A DNA stretch of 64,000 nucleotides. It comes from an uncultured bacterium (GTDB lineage: Bacteria > Krumholzibacteriota > Krumholzibacteriia > LZORAL124-64-63). Position 1 is the first letter of the stretch; each line of letters begins with the position of its first letter. This document shows, piece by piece, positions 51,792 through 62,324 of the stretch. The position numbers were made by a program, and so were the translations under genes. The stretch covers positions 224,001-288,000 of the forward strand of contig CAVSGO010000006.1 of the NCBI GenBank assembly GCA_963727525.1, in the 5' to 3' direction. The notes beneath the pieces were generated by a model that saw only the letters and a list, made by a program, of their open reading frames with translations, was not told the origin of the DNA and did no database searches.

Positions 51792-53206
51792 GCGCTTCCA
51801 GCGTGCTGCTCAACGACAGACTCTGCCCGTTGAGCGGCGCCCCGGCCCGCACCGTCCTCGACTGGCTGCGCCTGGAACAGGGAATCCGCGGCACCAAGGA
51901 GGCGTGCGGCGAGGGCGAGTGCGGAGCTTGCACCGTGCTGCTCGGTGATGGCGCGTCCTATCGCACGGTGGCCTCTTGCCTGTTGCCCGTGGGCGAGCTG
52001 GCGGGGCGGCATCTCGTGACGATCGAGGGTCTCGATCCCGCGGCGGGCCTCAGTCCCATCCAGCAAGCGCTGGTGGATGAGGGCGCGCCGCAGTGCGGGT
52101 TCTGCTTTCCGGGTATCGTCGTGGCGCTCACCGGGTTCTTTCTCACCAGCCGCGATCTGAGCGAACGCGACGCCATCGACGCCATCGACGGCAACATCTG
52201 CCGCTGCACCGGCTACACCTCGATCCGGCGCGCGGTGACGGGGTTGTGCCAGGCCTTCGCGCCGCGCCTCGATCCCGCAGCCGACCGCGTGGCCCAGCTC
52301 GTGGCCTGGGGCATCGTGCCGCCGTATTTCGCCCAGGCAGGCGCGATACTGGGCGCCATCGTCACGGACACGACGGCGGCCCCTGGAGATGCGTGCCCCG
52401 AGGACGCCCTTTTCGTGAGTGGTGGCACCGACCTGCTCGTGCAGCAGCCGCCGGCGTTGCGGACGCGCGAGCTGAGCTTCCTGTCGCGCCGCCCGTCGCT
52501 GCGGCGCGTCGCGCGGGACGGCGACCACCTCGTGATCGGTGGTGGCGTGACGGTGGAGGACCTGCGGCACCTGCCCGAGCTGCGAGCGCTGGTGCCGGAT
52601 ATCGACATGGTCGTCACGCTCTTCGCGTCCACCATCATCCGCAACCGGGCGACGGTAGCCGGCAACCTGGTGAACGCGTCGCCCATCGGCGATGTGACGG
52701 TGTTGCTGCTCGCGCTCGGCTCGGTGCTGCAGCTCACCGCGGGCACGCAGACACGGCTGCTGCCGCTGAGCGCCTTCTACCGCGGCTACAAGACGCTCGA
52801 CCTCGGGCCCGGCGAGATCGTGACGAGCGTCCACCTTCCGCTGAGCGTGGCCGATGCGTGTGTGCACTTCGAGAAGGTGTCGCAGCGACGCCACCTGGAC
52901 ATCGCGGCGGTGAACAGCGCCCTGTGCGCGCGTTGCGTGGATGGCGTGCTGTACGACGTCCGCCTCGCCGTGGGTGGCGTGGCGCCGGTGCCGCTGCTCG
53001 CGAATGCGACGATGGCCTATCTCGAGAGGCGCGCGGTCACGGCCGCCGGAGCCCGTGACGCGGCGGACGTCCTGGTCGGCGAGATCGCGCCGATCAGCGA
53101 CGTGCGCGGCAGCGCCGACTACAAGCGTGCACTGGCATGCCGCCTGCTGTACGCGCACCTGCTCGCGGTGGCGCCCGACCGCCTGCGCGTGGAGGAACTG
53201 GTATGA
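51788..53206 (+). CDS. xdhA: Xanthine dehydrogenase 2Fe-2S/FAD subunit
   Basis: GTKEACGEGECGACTV, QCGFCFPG, GNICRCTGY, SGGTDL, IRNRATVAGN, NASPIGD, PISDVRGSADY. Confidence 0.92.
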   Translation: MSASSVLLNDRLCPLSGAPARTVLDWLRLEQGIRGTKEACGEGECGACTVLLGDGASYRTVASCLLPVGELAGRHLVTIEGLDPAAGLSPIQQALVDEGAPQCGFCFPGIVVALTGFFLTSRDLSERDAIDAIDGNICRCTGYTSIRRAVTGLCQAFAPRLDPAADRVAQLVAWGIVPPYFAQAGAILGAIVTDTTAAPGDACPEDALFVSGGTDLLVQQPPALRTRELSFLSRRPSLRRVARDGDHLVIGGGVTVEDLRHLPELRALVPDIDMVVTLFASTIIRNRATVAGNLVNASPIGDVTVLLLALGSVLQLTAGTQTRLLPLSAFYRGYKTLDLGPGEIVTSVHLPLSVADACVHFEKVSQRRHLDIAAVNSALCARCVDGVLYDVRLAVGGVAPVPLLANATMAYLERRAVTAAGARDAADVLVGEIAPISDVRGSADYKRALACRLLYAHLLAVAPDRLRVEELV

Positions 53207-55476
53207 CGAGCGACCTGCACCGGCACGTGCGAGGGGAATCGATCTACATCGACGACCTCGTGCTCCCGGCGGGGACGCTCCATGCGGCCGTGGTCTCCTC
53301 ACCGGTGGCTCACGGCACGTTGCAGGGGATCGACGCCGCGGCCGCGCAGCGCCGTGACGGTGTGGTGCGGGTGCTCACGGCGTCGGACATCCCGGGCGAG
53401 AATCAGATCGGCACCATCTTGTCCGATGAGCCGCTGCTGGCGGCGGATACCGTGCACTTCGTGGGCGAGCCGGTGGCCGTGGTGCTGGCCGAGACGGCCG
53501 TGGCCGCGCGCCAGGCCGCGCGCGAGGTGACGCTCGCGATCGCGCCCCTGCCGCCGGTGCTCGACGCGCGCGAGGCGGCAGCCCGCGGCCAACTCCTGCA
53601 ACCGGCCCGCACCTTCGCAATCGGCGACGTGGATGCGGCCTGGGGCCGGTGCGCGCACATCGTGAAGGGGTGCGTCGCGTCGGGCGGACAGGAACACTTC
53701 TACCTCGAAACGCAGGGCGCCCTCGCCGAGCCGAGGGAGCGCGGCCAGGTGCGTATCGTCTCGGCCACGCAGGCGCCCACCGCGGTGCAACGCCAGGCCG
53801 CGCGTGTACTGGGGCTGCCGATGCACGCGATCGAGGTGGACGTGCGGCGACTGGGCGGCGCCTTCGGCGGCAAGGAAGATCAGGCCACGCCCTGGGCCGT
53901 GATCTGCGCACTGGGCGTCGTACTCACGGGGCGGCCGGTGCGCCTCGTGCTCGATCGCCGCGAGGATCTCTTGCTGACAGGCAAGCGGCATCCGTACTCG
54001 TCGGATTACTGCCTCGGCATCGACGCGGACGGCCGGATTCTCGCGTACGAGGTGACGTTCTACCAGAACGCCGGCGCCACGGCCGACCTGTCCACCAGCG
54101 TGCTCGAGCGCTCACTCTTCCACGCCACTGGCAGCTACCACGTGCCGAATGTGAGGGCCACCGGACTCAGTTGCCGCACGAATCTGCCGCCGTTCACGGC
54201 GTTTCGCGGCTTCGGTGGTCCGCAGGCGATGATCGTGATGGAGGCCGCGATCGAGGCGGCGGCGCGCGCCGCCGGCCTGTCGGTGTCCGCGGTGCAACGA
54301 TGCAACCTGGTGGCCGACGGCGACACTCTACCCTATGGCATGACCATGGAGCGATGCCACGCCGCGCGGTGCTGGGACGACGCCGCGCATCGCCACAACC
54401 TGCCGGCCATCATCGCGCGCTGCGAGGCGCACAACCGGGCGCATGCCGCCACGAAGAAGGGCGTGGCCGTGATGCCCGTCTGCTTCGGCATCTCCTTCAC
54501 GAACATCGGACTGAATCAAGCCGGCGCCCTCGTACACGTGTACCAGGACGGTAGCGTCGGGGTGAGCACCGGTGCGGTGGAGATGGGACAGGGCGTCAAT
54601 CTGAAGATCCAGACGATCGTGGCGACGACCCTCGGAGTGGACAGTGCGCGGGTCTCGCTGGAGAGTACGAACACCAGCCGCGTGGCCAACACCTCGCCGA
54701 CGGCTGCGAGTTCCGGCGCGGATCTGAATGGCGAGGCGGCGCATCTGGCCTGCTTGCAGATCCTGGCGCGGCTGCGCGACGTGGCGGCGCGCGAGCTGCC
54801 GGATGCGGGGCCGTCGCGCTGCACGATCGTCGGCGAGCGGGTGCACCTGGACGACGTGCCCACCACTCTCGATTGGACCACGCTGGTGCAGAAAGCCTAC
54901 TGGTCGCGCACCGACCTGTCGGCCCATGCGCACCATGCCACGCCCGATCTGCACTTCGACCGCACCACCGAGACGGGACGCCCGTTCGCGTACCATGTCC
55001 ACGGCACGGCCATCACCGAGGTCACGCTAGACGTCCTGCGCGGCACGGCCGTCGTCGATGCGGTGAAGATCGTTCACGATGGCGGCCGCAGCCTCGACGT
55101 GGCCACCGACCGCGGGCAGGTCGAGGGCGGGCTCGTCCAGGGCCTCGGCTGGCTGCTCCTAGAGGAGGTGGAATACGACGCGCAGGGCCGCCTGCGTCAT
55201 GACACGTCGAGCAAGCTCAAGATCCCCGACCTCCACTTCGCGCCGGCGACGATCGACGTCACCTTCCTCGCCGACGCCGACAACCCGCACGCCGTGATGC
55301 AATCCAAGGCCGTGGGCGAACCCCCGCTCATGTACGGGATCGGTGGCCTCTTCGCCCTGCGCGCGGCGATCCGGGCGGCGCGCCCCGACCTCGAACCGCC
55401 CGTGGAGACGCCGCTCACGCCCGAGCGCACGCTGCTGCTGCTGGCGTCGCGGCCGGCGGTGCAGGCGCCGGCGTGA
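53203..55476 (+). CDS. xdhB: Xanthine dehydrogenase molybdopterin-binding subunit
   Basis: QEHFYLETQ, RRLGGAFGGKE, TGKRH, AFRGFGGPQ, FGISF, EMGQG, TSPTAASSGADLNG, SKAVGEPP. Confidence 0.95.
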   Translation: MTSDLHRHVRGESIYIDDLVLPAGTLHAAVVSSPVAHGTLQGIDAAAAQRRDGVVRVLTASDIPGENQIGTILSDEPLLAADTVHFVGEPVAVVLAETAVAARQAAREVTLAIAPLPPVLDAREAAARGQLLQPARTFAIGDVDAAWGRCAHIVKGCVASGGQEHFYLETQGALAEPRERGQVRIVSATQAPTAVQRQAARVLGLPMHAIEVDVRRLGGAFGGKEDQATPWAVICALGVVLTGRPVRLVLDRREDLLLTGKRHPYSSDYCLGIDADGRILAYEVTFYQNAGATADLSTSVLERSLFHATGSYHVPNVRATGLSCRTNLPPFTAFRGFGGPQAMIVMEAAIEAAARAAGLSVSAVQRCNLVADGDTLPYGMTMERCHAARCWDDAAHRHNLPAIIARCEAHNRAHAATKKGVAVMPVCFGISFTNIGLNQAGALVHVYQDGSVGVSTGAVEMGQGVNLKIQTIVATTLGVDSARVSLESTNTSRVANTSPTAASSGADLNGEAAHLACLQILARLRDVAARELPDAGPSRCTIVGERVHLDDVPTTLDWTTLVQKAYWSRTDLSAHAHHATPDLHFDRTTETGRPFAYHVHGTAITEVTLDVLRGTAVVDAVKIVHDGGRSLDVATDRGQVEGGLVQGLGWLLLEEVEYDAQGRLRHDTSSKLKIPDLHFAPATIDVTFLADADNPHAVMQSKAVGEPPLMYGIGGLFALRAAIRAARPDLEPPVETPLTPERTLLLLASRPAVQAPA

Positions 55477-55615
55477 GGGCAGCCAGCACCCTTGTGTTCC
55501 GCAACGCACGCGCATCGGCGGGGTGGCATCGTGCCAGACAGCCACGTGTCCGGCTGCCCGGTGGCGGCGCGTCGCTTCCCGTTGCTTGCGCACGGAACCT
55601 GCAATGGTCGCGCCC

Positions 55616-56761
55616 ATGGCGAACGACGACCGCATCTACGTCATCGAACCGGACGACACCGATCCGGGACTGATCCAGCAGGTCGTGCCGCTGGGCGACG
55701 CGATCCGACCGCCGGCGCCGCCACCGGCTCCGCGCGCACCGCGTGCGCCCCATGCCGCCACCGCGACGGCTTCACGCGGGCAACCCCCGGCCCACCCGCT
55801 GCGCCTGCTCGTGGGCGCCTACGCCCTCGGCCCTCTCGCGCCGCTGGCCGTCGGCCATCCTGGCCGTGGGCGCCGCGGTCTGGTCGTGTCCGCCTGGGTC
55901 ATCATGGGGCTCGCGACCGGCGTGTTCGCGGTCGCGCCGCGCGCACTCGGCGCCGACGACCGCGCGGCGGTCGTGCAGGCGGCGGCAGCGGCCGTTGCCC
56001 TGGTGGTGGGGCTAACGGCGTGGACCGTGGGGCTCACCCTGGCTGACCGCCGGTGCCGCGCAGGCTCGTGGTCTCGACCGGCCGGCCACCGGCCCGCGGT
56101 TGCCGCGCTGCTCGGACTCCTCGCCCCGGGCCTGGGCTTCTACCTGGGGGGCCGCACCGCGCGCGCGATCGCCACGCTCGTCGCCGTCGTGCCCGGGCTC
56201 GCCGCGGGGGCGTTGCTCCAGCGCGCGCCGCGCTGGTGGAGCTGGCGCGCAGGAGATGCGTACCGGCTGATCAGCGATCGCCAACTGGAGGCAGGTTTGC
56301 TCGGCCTGGTGGTGCTGGCCGCACTCGGTGTCCTGGTCTGGCTCGTCTCCGCCATCGAGGCTGCCCGACTCGCCGCGGGATCCGGCGCGTTGCGCCGCAC
56401 GGAGGCGGCCAACCGCGCCCCCGCGGCGCTCCTGCTGGCTCTCGTGGCGATGGCCGTCTTCTTTCGACCGGCGAACCTGGCGGGAGAGCTGGACCGGCTG
56501 ACAGGCCGGCTGGAGGACGCGGAGCTGCGTCTCGCTCCGCTCATGACGGCCGAAGCTGCGGTATGCCTGGCGCCCGGCGAACCGGTCTACCAGTGCCGGC
56601 TGGCGGAGGTCCAGGCCGACCTCGGCCACCATGCCGCCGCCGCGCGTATCCGGAGCCGTCTCGTCGCGCGCTGGGCTGCGGTGGCCGCGCTGGCGAAGGC
56701 GCCGGGGAGCGCCGGCCGCGCACCAACCGGGGTCCGGAACCTCGGCTGCCACTTGCCATGA
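55616..56761 (+). CDS. Hypothetical multi-TM membrane protein with C-terminal TPR-like helix pair
   Basis: Hydrophobic segments, APGLG motif, terminal LAPGEPVYQCRLAEV; start uncertain. Confidence 0.6.
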   Translation: MANDDRIYVIEPDDTDPGLIQQVVPLGDAIRPPAPPPAPRAPRAPHAATATASRGQPPAHPLRLLVGAYALGPLAPLAVGHPGRGRRGLVVSAWVIMGLATGVFAVAPRALGADDRAAVVQAAAAAVALVVGLTAWTVGLTLADRRCRAGSWSRPAGHRPAVAALLGLLAPGLGFYLGGRTARAIATLVAVVPGLAAGALLQRAPRWWSWRAGDAYRLISDRQLEAGLLGLVVLAALGVLVWLVSAIEAARLAAGSGALRRTEAANRAPAALLLALVAMAVFFRPANLAGELDRLTGRLEDAELRLAPLMTAEAAVCLAPGEPVYQCRLAEVQADLGHHAAAARIRSRLVARWAAVAALAKAPGSAGRAPTGVRNLGCHLP

Positions 56762-56955
56762 GATCGAACGAAGCCACCACTGCAAAAATCCGTCTTTCAA
56801 CTGATCACCCTCGATCGTTCCTGGAGTGATGATTCGTCGCGAGGTGTCGGGGGATGCCAAGTGGACGAACTGGGCGGGCCGACCGAGGGGGCGGCCCGCT
56901 TCTTCATGTCCGGCTGTCGGCTCGCGCGGTGCGGAGCCAGACTCGCAACCGTGCC

Positions 56956-56983
56956 TTGACTCCCGCCGTGCGGCTCCTATGCT
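56956..56983 (+). promoter_or_regulatory. Putative sigma70 promoter of sulP
   Basis: TTGACT-16 nt-TATGCT. Confidence 0.5.
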
Positions 56984-57093
56984 TCCGCCGCTCTGGCCGC
57001 AGCCCGCGGCCGGCACGCAGCCCGCGGCAGACGGGTGGCGTCGGCGTGAAAGGGCGGCGGCGCATGGCGAAGGTATGGGGTGGGCCGGGCGAG

Positions 57094-58752
57094 ATGCTCG
57101 AGCCCAAGCTGGTGACGGTGCTGCGCGAGGGGTACTCGCGCGGGCAGCTTGGTCGGGATGTGTTGGCGGGGGTCATCGTGGGCGTGGTGGCGCTGCCGCT
57201 GGCCATCGCCTTCGGTATCGCCTCGGGCGTGACGCCCCAGCAGGGCCTCGTCACCGCCATCATCGCCGGTTTCCTCATCTCCGCCCTCGGCGGCAGCCGC
57301 GTGCAGATCGGCGGGCCCACCGGCGCGTTCATCGTCATCGTGTACGGCGTGGTGCAGCGCCATGGCGTGGACGGCCTTGCGCTGGCCACGATCATGGCCG
57401 GCGTACTCCTGATGATCATGGGCTTCGCGCGGCTGGGGTCGGTGATCAAGTTCGTGCCGTTTCCCGTGACGCTGGGCTTCACCTCCGGCATCGCCATCAT
57501 CATCGCCGTGTCGCAACTGCGCGACGTGCTTGGGCTCACCATCACCGATCTGCCGGCCGCACTGCCGGAGAAGGTGATGGTGCTGTCGCGGCATCTCGAC
57601 AGCGTGAATCCCGCGGCGCTGGGCCTCGGTACGTTCACCGTGGTCGTCGTGGCCGTGTGGTCGCGTGTCTCGCGGCGGGTGCCGGGGTCGCTTGTGGCGA
57701 TCGTGATCGCGACGGTCTTCGTGCACCTGGCGCACCTGGACGTGGAGACCATCGGCTCGCGCTTCGGCGCCTTCTCGGCGGCGCTGCCGTCACCGCGCAT
57801 CCCGGTGGTGACCTGGGAGACGTTGCGCGCGCTGTCGTCGCCGGCGCTGAGTATCGCGCTGCTGGCGGCGATCGAATCGCTGCTGTCAGCCGTGGTCGCC
57901 GACGGCATGCTGGGCACGCAGCACCGCTCGAACACCGAACTGGTGGCCCTGGGGCTGGCGAACCTGGTGGCCCCGCTCTTCGGCGGTATCCCGGCCACGG
58001 GGGCCATCGCGCGCACGGCCACCAACGTGAAGAACGGCGGGCGCTCGCCCATCGCCGGCATGGTGCACGCCGTCACGCTGCTGATCATCGTCCTGTTCTT
58101 CGGCCGCTGGGCGGCGCTCATCCCCATCGCAGCGCTGGGCGGCATCCTGCTGTACGTCGCCTGGTCGATGAGCGAGTGGCGCGCCTTCATGGGTATGTTC
58201 CGCGCGCCCCGCGGCGACCTGATCGTGATGCTCGCCACGTTCCTGCTGACCATCTTCATCGACCTGACCGTGGCGATCCAGGTGGGCGTGGTGCTGGCGG
58301 CCTTCCTGTTCATGCGCCGCATGGCGGCCGTGGCCGAGATCGGCTACGTGACGTCGGCGTTGCGCGAGAGCAGCGACGCCGATCCCATGGCCATCGCCGC
58401 CCGCGTGGTGCCCGAGGGCGTGGAGGTCTTCGAGATCTACGGCGCCTTCTTCTTCGGCGCGGCGAGCAAGTTCCGCGCGGCGCTGCGGCGGGTGGAGAAG
58501 GCCCCCCGGGTGTTCATTCTGCGCCTGCGCGAGGTCCCCACGATCGACGCTACCGGTCTGCAGGCCCTCGAGGAATTGCGGCGGCGCAACGCCGCGTCGG
58601 GGACCGTGATGCTCCTCTCGGGTGTGGGGCCACAGCTTCGCGCGACGTTGCAGCGCGCGGGTTTCGTGGCGCTCGTGGGCGAGGACAACATCCTGCCGGA
58701 GATCGATGCGGCGCTGGCGCGCGCCCGGGTCCTGCTCGCGGATGCACCCTGA
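57094..58752 (+). CDS. SulP/SLC26 anion transporter with STAS domain
   Basis: DVLAGVIVGVVALPLAIAF, QIGGPTGAF, IESLLSAVVAD, ATGAIART, FFGAA, IDATG. Confidence 0.95.
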   Translation: MLEPKLVTVLREGYSRGQLGRDVLAGVIVGVVALPLAIAFGIASGVTPQQGLVTAIIAGFLISALGGSRVQIGGPTGAFIVIVYGVVQRHGVDGLALATIMAGVLLMIMGFARLGSVIKFVPFPVTLGFTSGIAIIIAVSQLRDVLGLTITDLPAALPEKVMVLSRHLDSVNPAALGLGTFTVVVVAVWSRVSRRVPGSLVAIVIATVFVHLAHLDVETIGSRFGAFSAALPSPRIPVVTWETLRALSSPALSIALLAAIESLLSAVVADGMLGTQHRSNTELVALGLANLVAPLFGGIPATGAIARTATNVKNGGRSPIAGMVHAVTLLIIVLFFGRWAALIPIAALGGILLYVAWSMSEWRAFMGMFRAPRGDLIVMLATFLLTIFIDLTVAIQVGVVLAAFLFMRRMAAVAEIGYVTSALRESSDADPMAIAARVVPEGVEVFEIYGAFFFGAASKFRAALRRVEKAPRVFILRLREVPTIDATGLQALEELRRRNAASGTVMLLSGVGPQLRATLQRAGFVALVGEDNILPEIDAALARARVLLADAP

Positions 58753-58840
58753 GGCCGCGGCTTTCCCCGTGTTCGCTCCAGGCGTCCGTGCTACGATCGT
58801 ACCGATCGCTTGCCGAGATGCCGGACGAGAGGGACTCCCG

Positions 58841-60679
58841 TTGGTCGACCGCGAGACGACACCCCGGGCTGCACTGCCGATCGCGCTCGCCGGCGCGGCG
58901 GCCTGCGCCGTGCCCCTTGCCGTCTACCTGCTCACGCTGGCGCGCGACGTCACCTTCGTCGACAGCGGCGAGCTGGCCACGGCCGCGATCACGCTGGGTA
59001 TCGCGCATCCGCCGGGCTATCCGCTCTTCACGCTGCTGGGGCACATTCTTTCGTGGCTACCCGTCGGTCTGCCCGTGGCGCGTGTGGCTGTGCTGAGCGC
59101 CCTCGCCACCGCCGCCGCGAGCTGGTTCGTGTGGCGCACGGCGCGCGCGCTCGTCGATCCCGAGGGCCGCAGCGGCGTGGTGGCGTGGGCGGCGCTCGCG
59201 GGCGCCCTGCTCTTCGCGTTCGCGCGTACGGTGTGGTCGCAGGCCGTGATCGTGGAGGTGTACGCGCTGCAGGCCGCGCTCACGGCCGCGTGCCTGGCGG
59301 CGATGCTGGCGGCTGTGGGTGCGACTGGCTGGCCTCGCAGCGGATTGCGCGGGGCCGGCCTCCTGTTCGGGCTATGCCTGGCGAATCACCTCACCGGCGC
59401 GCTTCTGCTCCCGTCGTTGCTCGTGGCGGTGGCGTGTGTGATCCGCGATCGACGCCGCGCCGGCCAGGCCGTGGCGGGTCCGGTGCTGCGGGCGCTGGCC
59501 TGGACGCCGCTGCCACTGCTGCTCTACGCCCTGCTGCCACTGCGGTCGCGGATGGACCCGCTCGTGAACTGGGACTACCCCGACACCTTGCCGCGGCTGC
59601 TGATCCACGTCTCGGCGCGGCAGTACCAGGGCAATCTGGGGCGCGAGGGGCTCAGGCTGGGCGAACTGCAGCGTTTCGCGTTGAATCAGCTCCCGACCGA
59701 GGCCACGCTCGTGTTGCCGCTGCTGGCGATTGTCGGCCTCGTGCTATTGCTACGGCGACGGCCACGGGCCGTGGCCGTGACCGCGCCGCTCCTGGTTGCG
59801 CAGATCCTCTACAACATGGCGTATCCCATCCACGACATCGCCGTGTACTACATCCCCGTGGTCCTCGTGCTCGGTCTCTGGGCCGGCGTGGGGGCGGCCG
59901 GGCTCGCGCGCTGGGCCGCATCGCGTGCCGCCTGGCCCCGGCAGGTGGCGGGGGTGACGGCGGCGGCGGTGCTGGCGGCGCTGGGCGTTCTGCCGATCGC
60001 GCGCAACTTCGCCGCCAGCGACATGCACCACTTCCACCTGGCGCGTTACTACGTGCACGACGCGCTCGCCTATGCGGATCCCGGCGCGGTGATCGTGAGC
60101 GGGCAGTGGGATCGCTTCACGGCACCTGCACTCTATCTGCGCACCGTCGAGAACCTGCGGCCGGACGTGGTGATCCTCGACGTGGGGCGACTGGGCAGTC
60201 CCATGCTGGCGCGTGACCTCGCGCACACGTTTCCGGAGCTGGCCACGGCGTGTGCGCCCGAGCTGGCGGCGATGCGGGAGATTGCATTCAAGGCCGAGCG
60301 CGGCGAGGCCTACGACGTGGCGCGCAGTCGCCAGCTCTACCAGGCTCTCCAGTACGCCCTCGTGCACGAGTCGCAGAAGCAGCGACCCACCTACGCCCTG
60401 GGCGGCGTGTTCCGACATCCCATGTTCGCGGGCCTGCGCCAACACCCCGAGGGGTTGCTCGTGCGCATGACGTCGGATGCGGACTATCGCCCGTTCGCGG
60501 TGCCCGCGTTCGAGGGGCCGGGAGTGGCGCCCGCTGGGCTGCGCACGCACCTGGAGCGCGACACCTACGCCGAGTACCTGCGACTCCTCGACGGGCGCAT
60601 CAAGTACCTGCAGGCCCATGGGCAGACGGAGCAGGTGCCCGCGTTGCAGGCGCTGGTGGCGAATCTCGGGGGCAGCTAG
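58841..60679 (+). CDS. DUF2723 (TMEM260-like) membrane glycosyltransferase
   Basis: DSGELATAA...LGIAHPPGYPLF, WSQAVIVEVY, ANH; TTG start inferred. Confidence 0.85.
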   Translation: MVDRETTPRAALPIALAGAAACAVPLAVYLLTLARDVTFVDSGELATAAITLGIAHPPGYPLFTLLGHILSWLPVGLPVARVAVLSALATAAASWFVWRTARALVDPEGRSGVVAWAALAGALLFAFARTVWSQAVIVEVYALQAALTAACLAAMLAAVGATGWPRSGLRGAGLLFGLCLANHLTGALLLPSLLVAVACVIRDRRRAGQAVAGPVLRALAWTPLPLLLYALLPLRSRMDPLVNWDYPDTLPRLLIHVSARQYQGNLGREGLRLGELQRFALNQLPTEATLVLPLLAIVGLVLLLRRRPRAVAVTAPLLVAQILYNMAYPIHDIAVYYIPVVLVLGLWAGVGAAGLARWAASRAAWPRQVAGVTAAAVLAALGVLPIARNFAASDMHHFHLARYYVHDALAYADPGAVIVSGQWDRFTAPALYLRTVENLRPDVVILDVGRLGSPMLARDLAHTFPELATACAPELAAMREIAFKAERGEAYDVARSRQLYQALQYALVHESQKQRPTYALGGVFRHPMFAGLRQHPEGLLVRMTSDADYRPFAVPAFEGPGVAPAGLRTHLERDTYAEYLRLLDGRIKYLQAHGQTEQVPALQALVANLGGS

Positions 60680-62190
60680 CGCCGGGCGAGCATCTCCCAG
60701 TCGATCATGCGCTCGATGGGGGCGCGGTCGTCGGTGAGAGGCCGCGTGGGGTCGCTGGCGACGTCGTCGCGGAAGGTGGCGGCGCTGAAGGCGGCGGCCG
60801 GGGCCAGCAGGGCGCTCGCCGTCTCGGGGTCGACGGCGAAGTCGACGACGCGGTTGCTCGCCACCACCACGTTGTCGAACGAGTTCGGCAGCTTCATCAG
60901 GTACACATGCCCGAACACCGTGCGCAGCGTGCCGCAGATCGCGCGCATGAGCGGTGAGTCGTCATGGGCCGACGACACGTTCATGGCCACCAGTCCGTCG
61001 GCGGCCAGGCGCGCCTTCACCTGCCGGAAGAACTCCTGCGTCGTCAGGTGGAACGGGATGTACACCTGCTGCGTGTAGGCGTCGATCACGATCACGTCGT
61101 AGGTGCCGCGGTCGCGGCTCACGAAGATGCGACCGTCCTGGTTCACCACCCGCGTGGTCGGGTTGAGCGCGAAGTAGCGCCGTGCGACGTCGATCACCTG
61201 GGGATCGATCTCCACGCCGGTGACGGCGAGGTCGGGATGGAAGAACCGGAGCTGGTTGGCGATGACGCCGCCGCCGAGGCCGATGATCAGGGCGCTGCGC
61301 GCGGGTCGTCCTAGGTACCACGGTAGCAGCGAGTAGTAGTCGTAGTACAGACCGGTGAGTGGGCCGGCCTTGTTCGCCACGGTCTGCGACCCCACCGCGT
61401 CGTTGTACGCGAGGAAGCGGAAGGTGCCGCGGTCGTAGACCTCGATGTACTCGTAGGCCGACTCGCCCGCCCACACCAGGCCCGGCGTGTGCCGCGGCGC
61501 GGGGACGGGTAGCAAGCAGGTCGCCAGCGCGAGCGCGCCGAGGCCCGCGTGGCGCCAGCGCCGGAATCCCAGGGCCACCACCGCCAGCAGCACGGCCGCG
61601 AAGACGACGATCGTCTTGCCTGTGCCCACGCGAGGGATGAAGATGAGCACGGGCAGGAACGTGCCGATCACGCTGCCGAGGGTGGACAGACCGAAGATGC
61701 GACCGGCGGCGTCGCCCACGTGGCGTTGCTGGGCGAGCACGCGGATGAGAAACGGACTCGTCATGCCGAGCACGAGGATCGGCGGCAGAAAGAGCAGGAG
61801 GATCGCCACGAGCGATCCCACGAAGATGAAGCTGAATGACGACTGCAGCGTCACCAGCGCGCCCGAGAGCGTGCGCAACACGGCGGGGGCCACGAACGGC
61901 AGCACGAGCAGGTACGCGCACGCGGCCAGGAGCAGGCGCAGCAGCACGGGGAGCTGGGGCCGGCGGTCGGCCAGCCGGCCGCCCACCACGTAACCCACCG
62001 CGAGCGCGATCATGATCACGCCGATGATGTTGGTCCACACGAACGTCGATGTGCCAAAGAACGGCGCCACGAGCCGCGACGCACACAGTTCGATCGCCAT
62101 GATCGCCATGCCGGTGCAGAAGGCGAGCACGTGCACGTAGCCGGATGGCGCCGAGGCGGTGGCGCGGGTTTGGTCCTGTCGCGTGGCCAA
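60676..62190 (-). CDS. Fused membrane domain / spermidine-synthase-like methyltransferase
   Basis: IELCASRLVAPFFGTS, STLGSVIGTF, IIGLGGG, VEIDP, DGR, IDAY, PFHLTTQEFF, LTDDRAP. Confidence 0.9.
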   Translation of the reverse strand: MATRQDQTRATASAPSGYVHVLAFCTGMAIMAIELCASRLVAPFFGTSTFVWTNIIGVIMIALAVGYVVGGRLADRRPQLPVLLRLLLAACAYLLVLPFVAPAVLRTLSGALVTLQSSFSFIFVGSLVAILLLFLPPILVLGMTSPFLIRVLAQQRHVGDAAGRIFGLSTLGSVIGTFLPVLIFIPRVGTGKTIVVFAAVLLAVVALGFRRWRHAGLGALALATCLLPVPAPRHTPGLVWAGESAYEYIEVYDRGTFRFLAYNDAVGSQTVANKAGPLTGLYYDYYSLLPWYLGRPARSALIIGLGGGVIANQLRFFHPDLAVTGVEIDPQVIDVARRYFALNPTTRVVNQDGRIFVSRDRGTYDVIVIDAYTQQVYIPFHLTTQEFFRQVKARLAADGLVAMNVSSAHDDSPLMRAICGTLRTVFGHVYLMKLPNSFDNVVVASNRVVDFAVDPETASALLAPAAAFSAATFRDDVASDPTRPLTDDRAPIERMIDWEMLARR

Positions 62191-62324
62191 GGTGGGCCTT
62201 TCCCTGGAGGTGAGGGGCGCCGGTCCGCGAAATATAACGGGCGCGGTCGCCTTCTCCTAGTCGCAGATCGGGGTGGCAATCTCGGCGCCGCCGAGCAATG
62301 CTAGATGAGCGAGGAGGTCTCACC

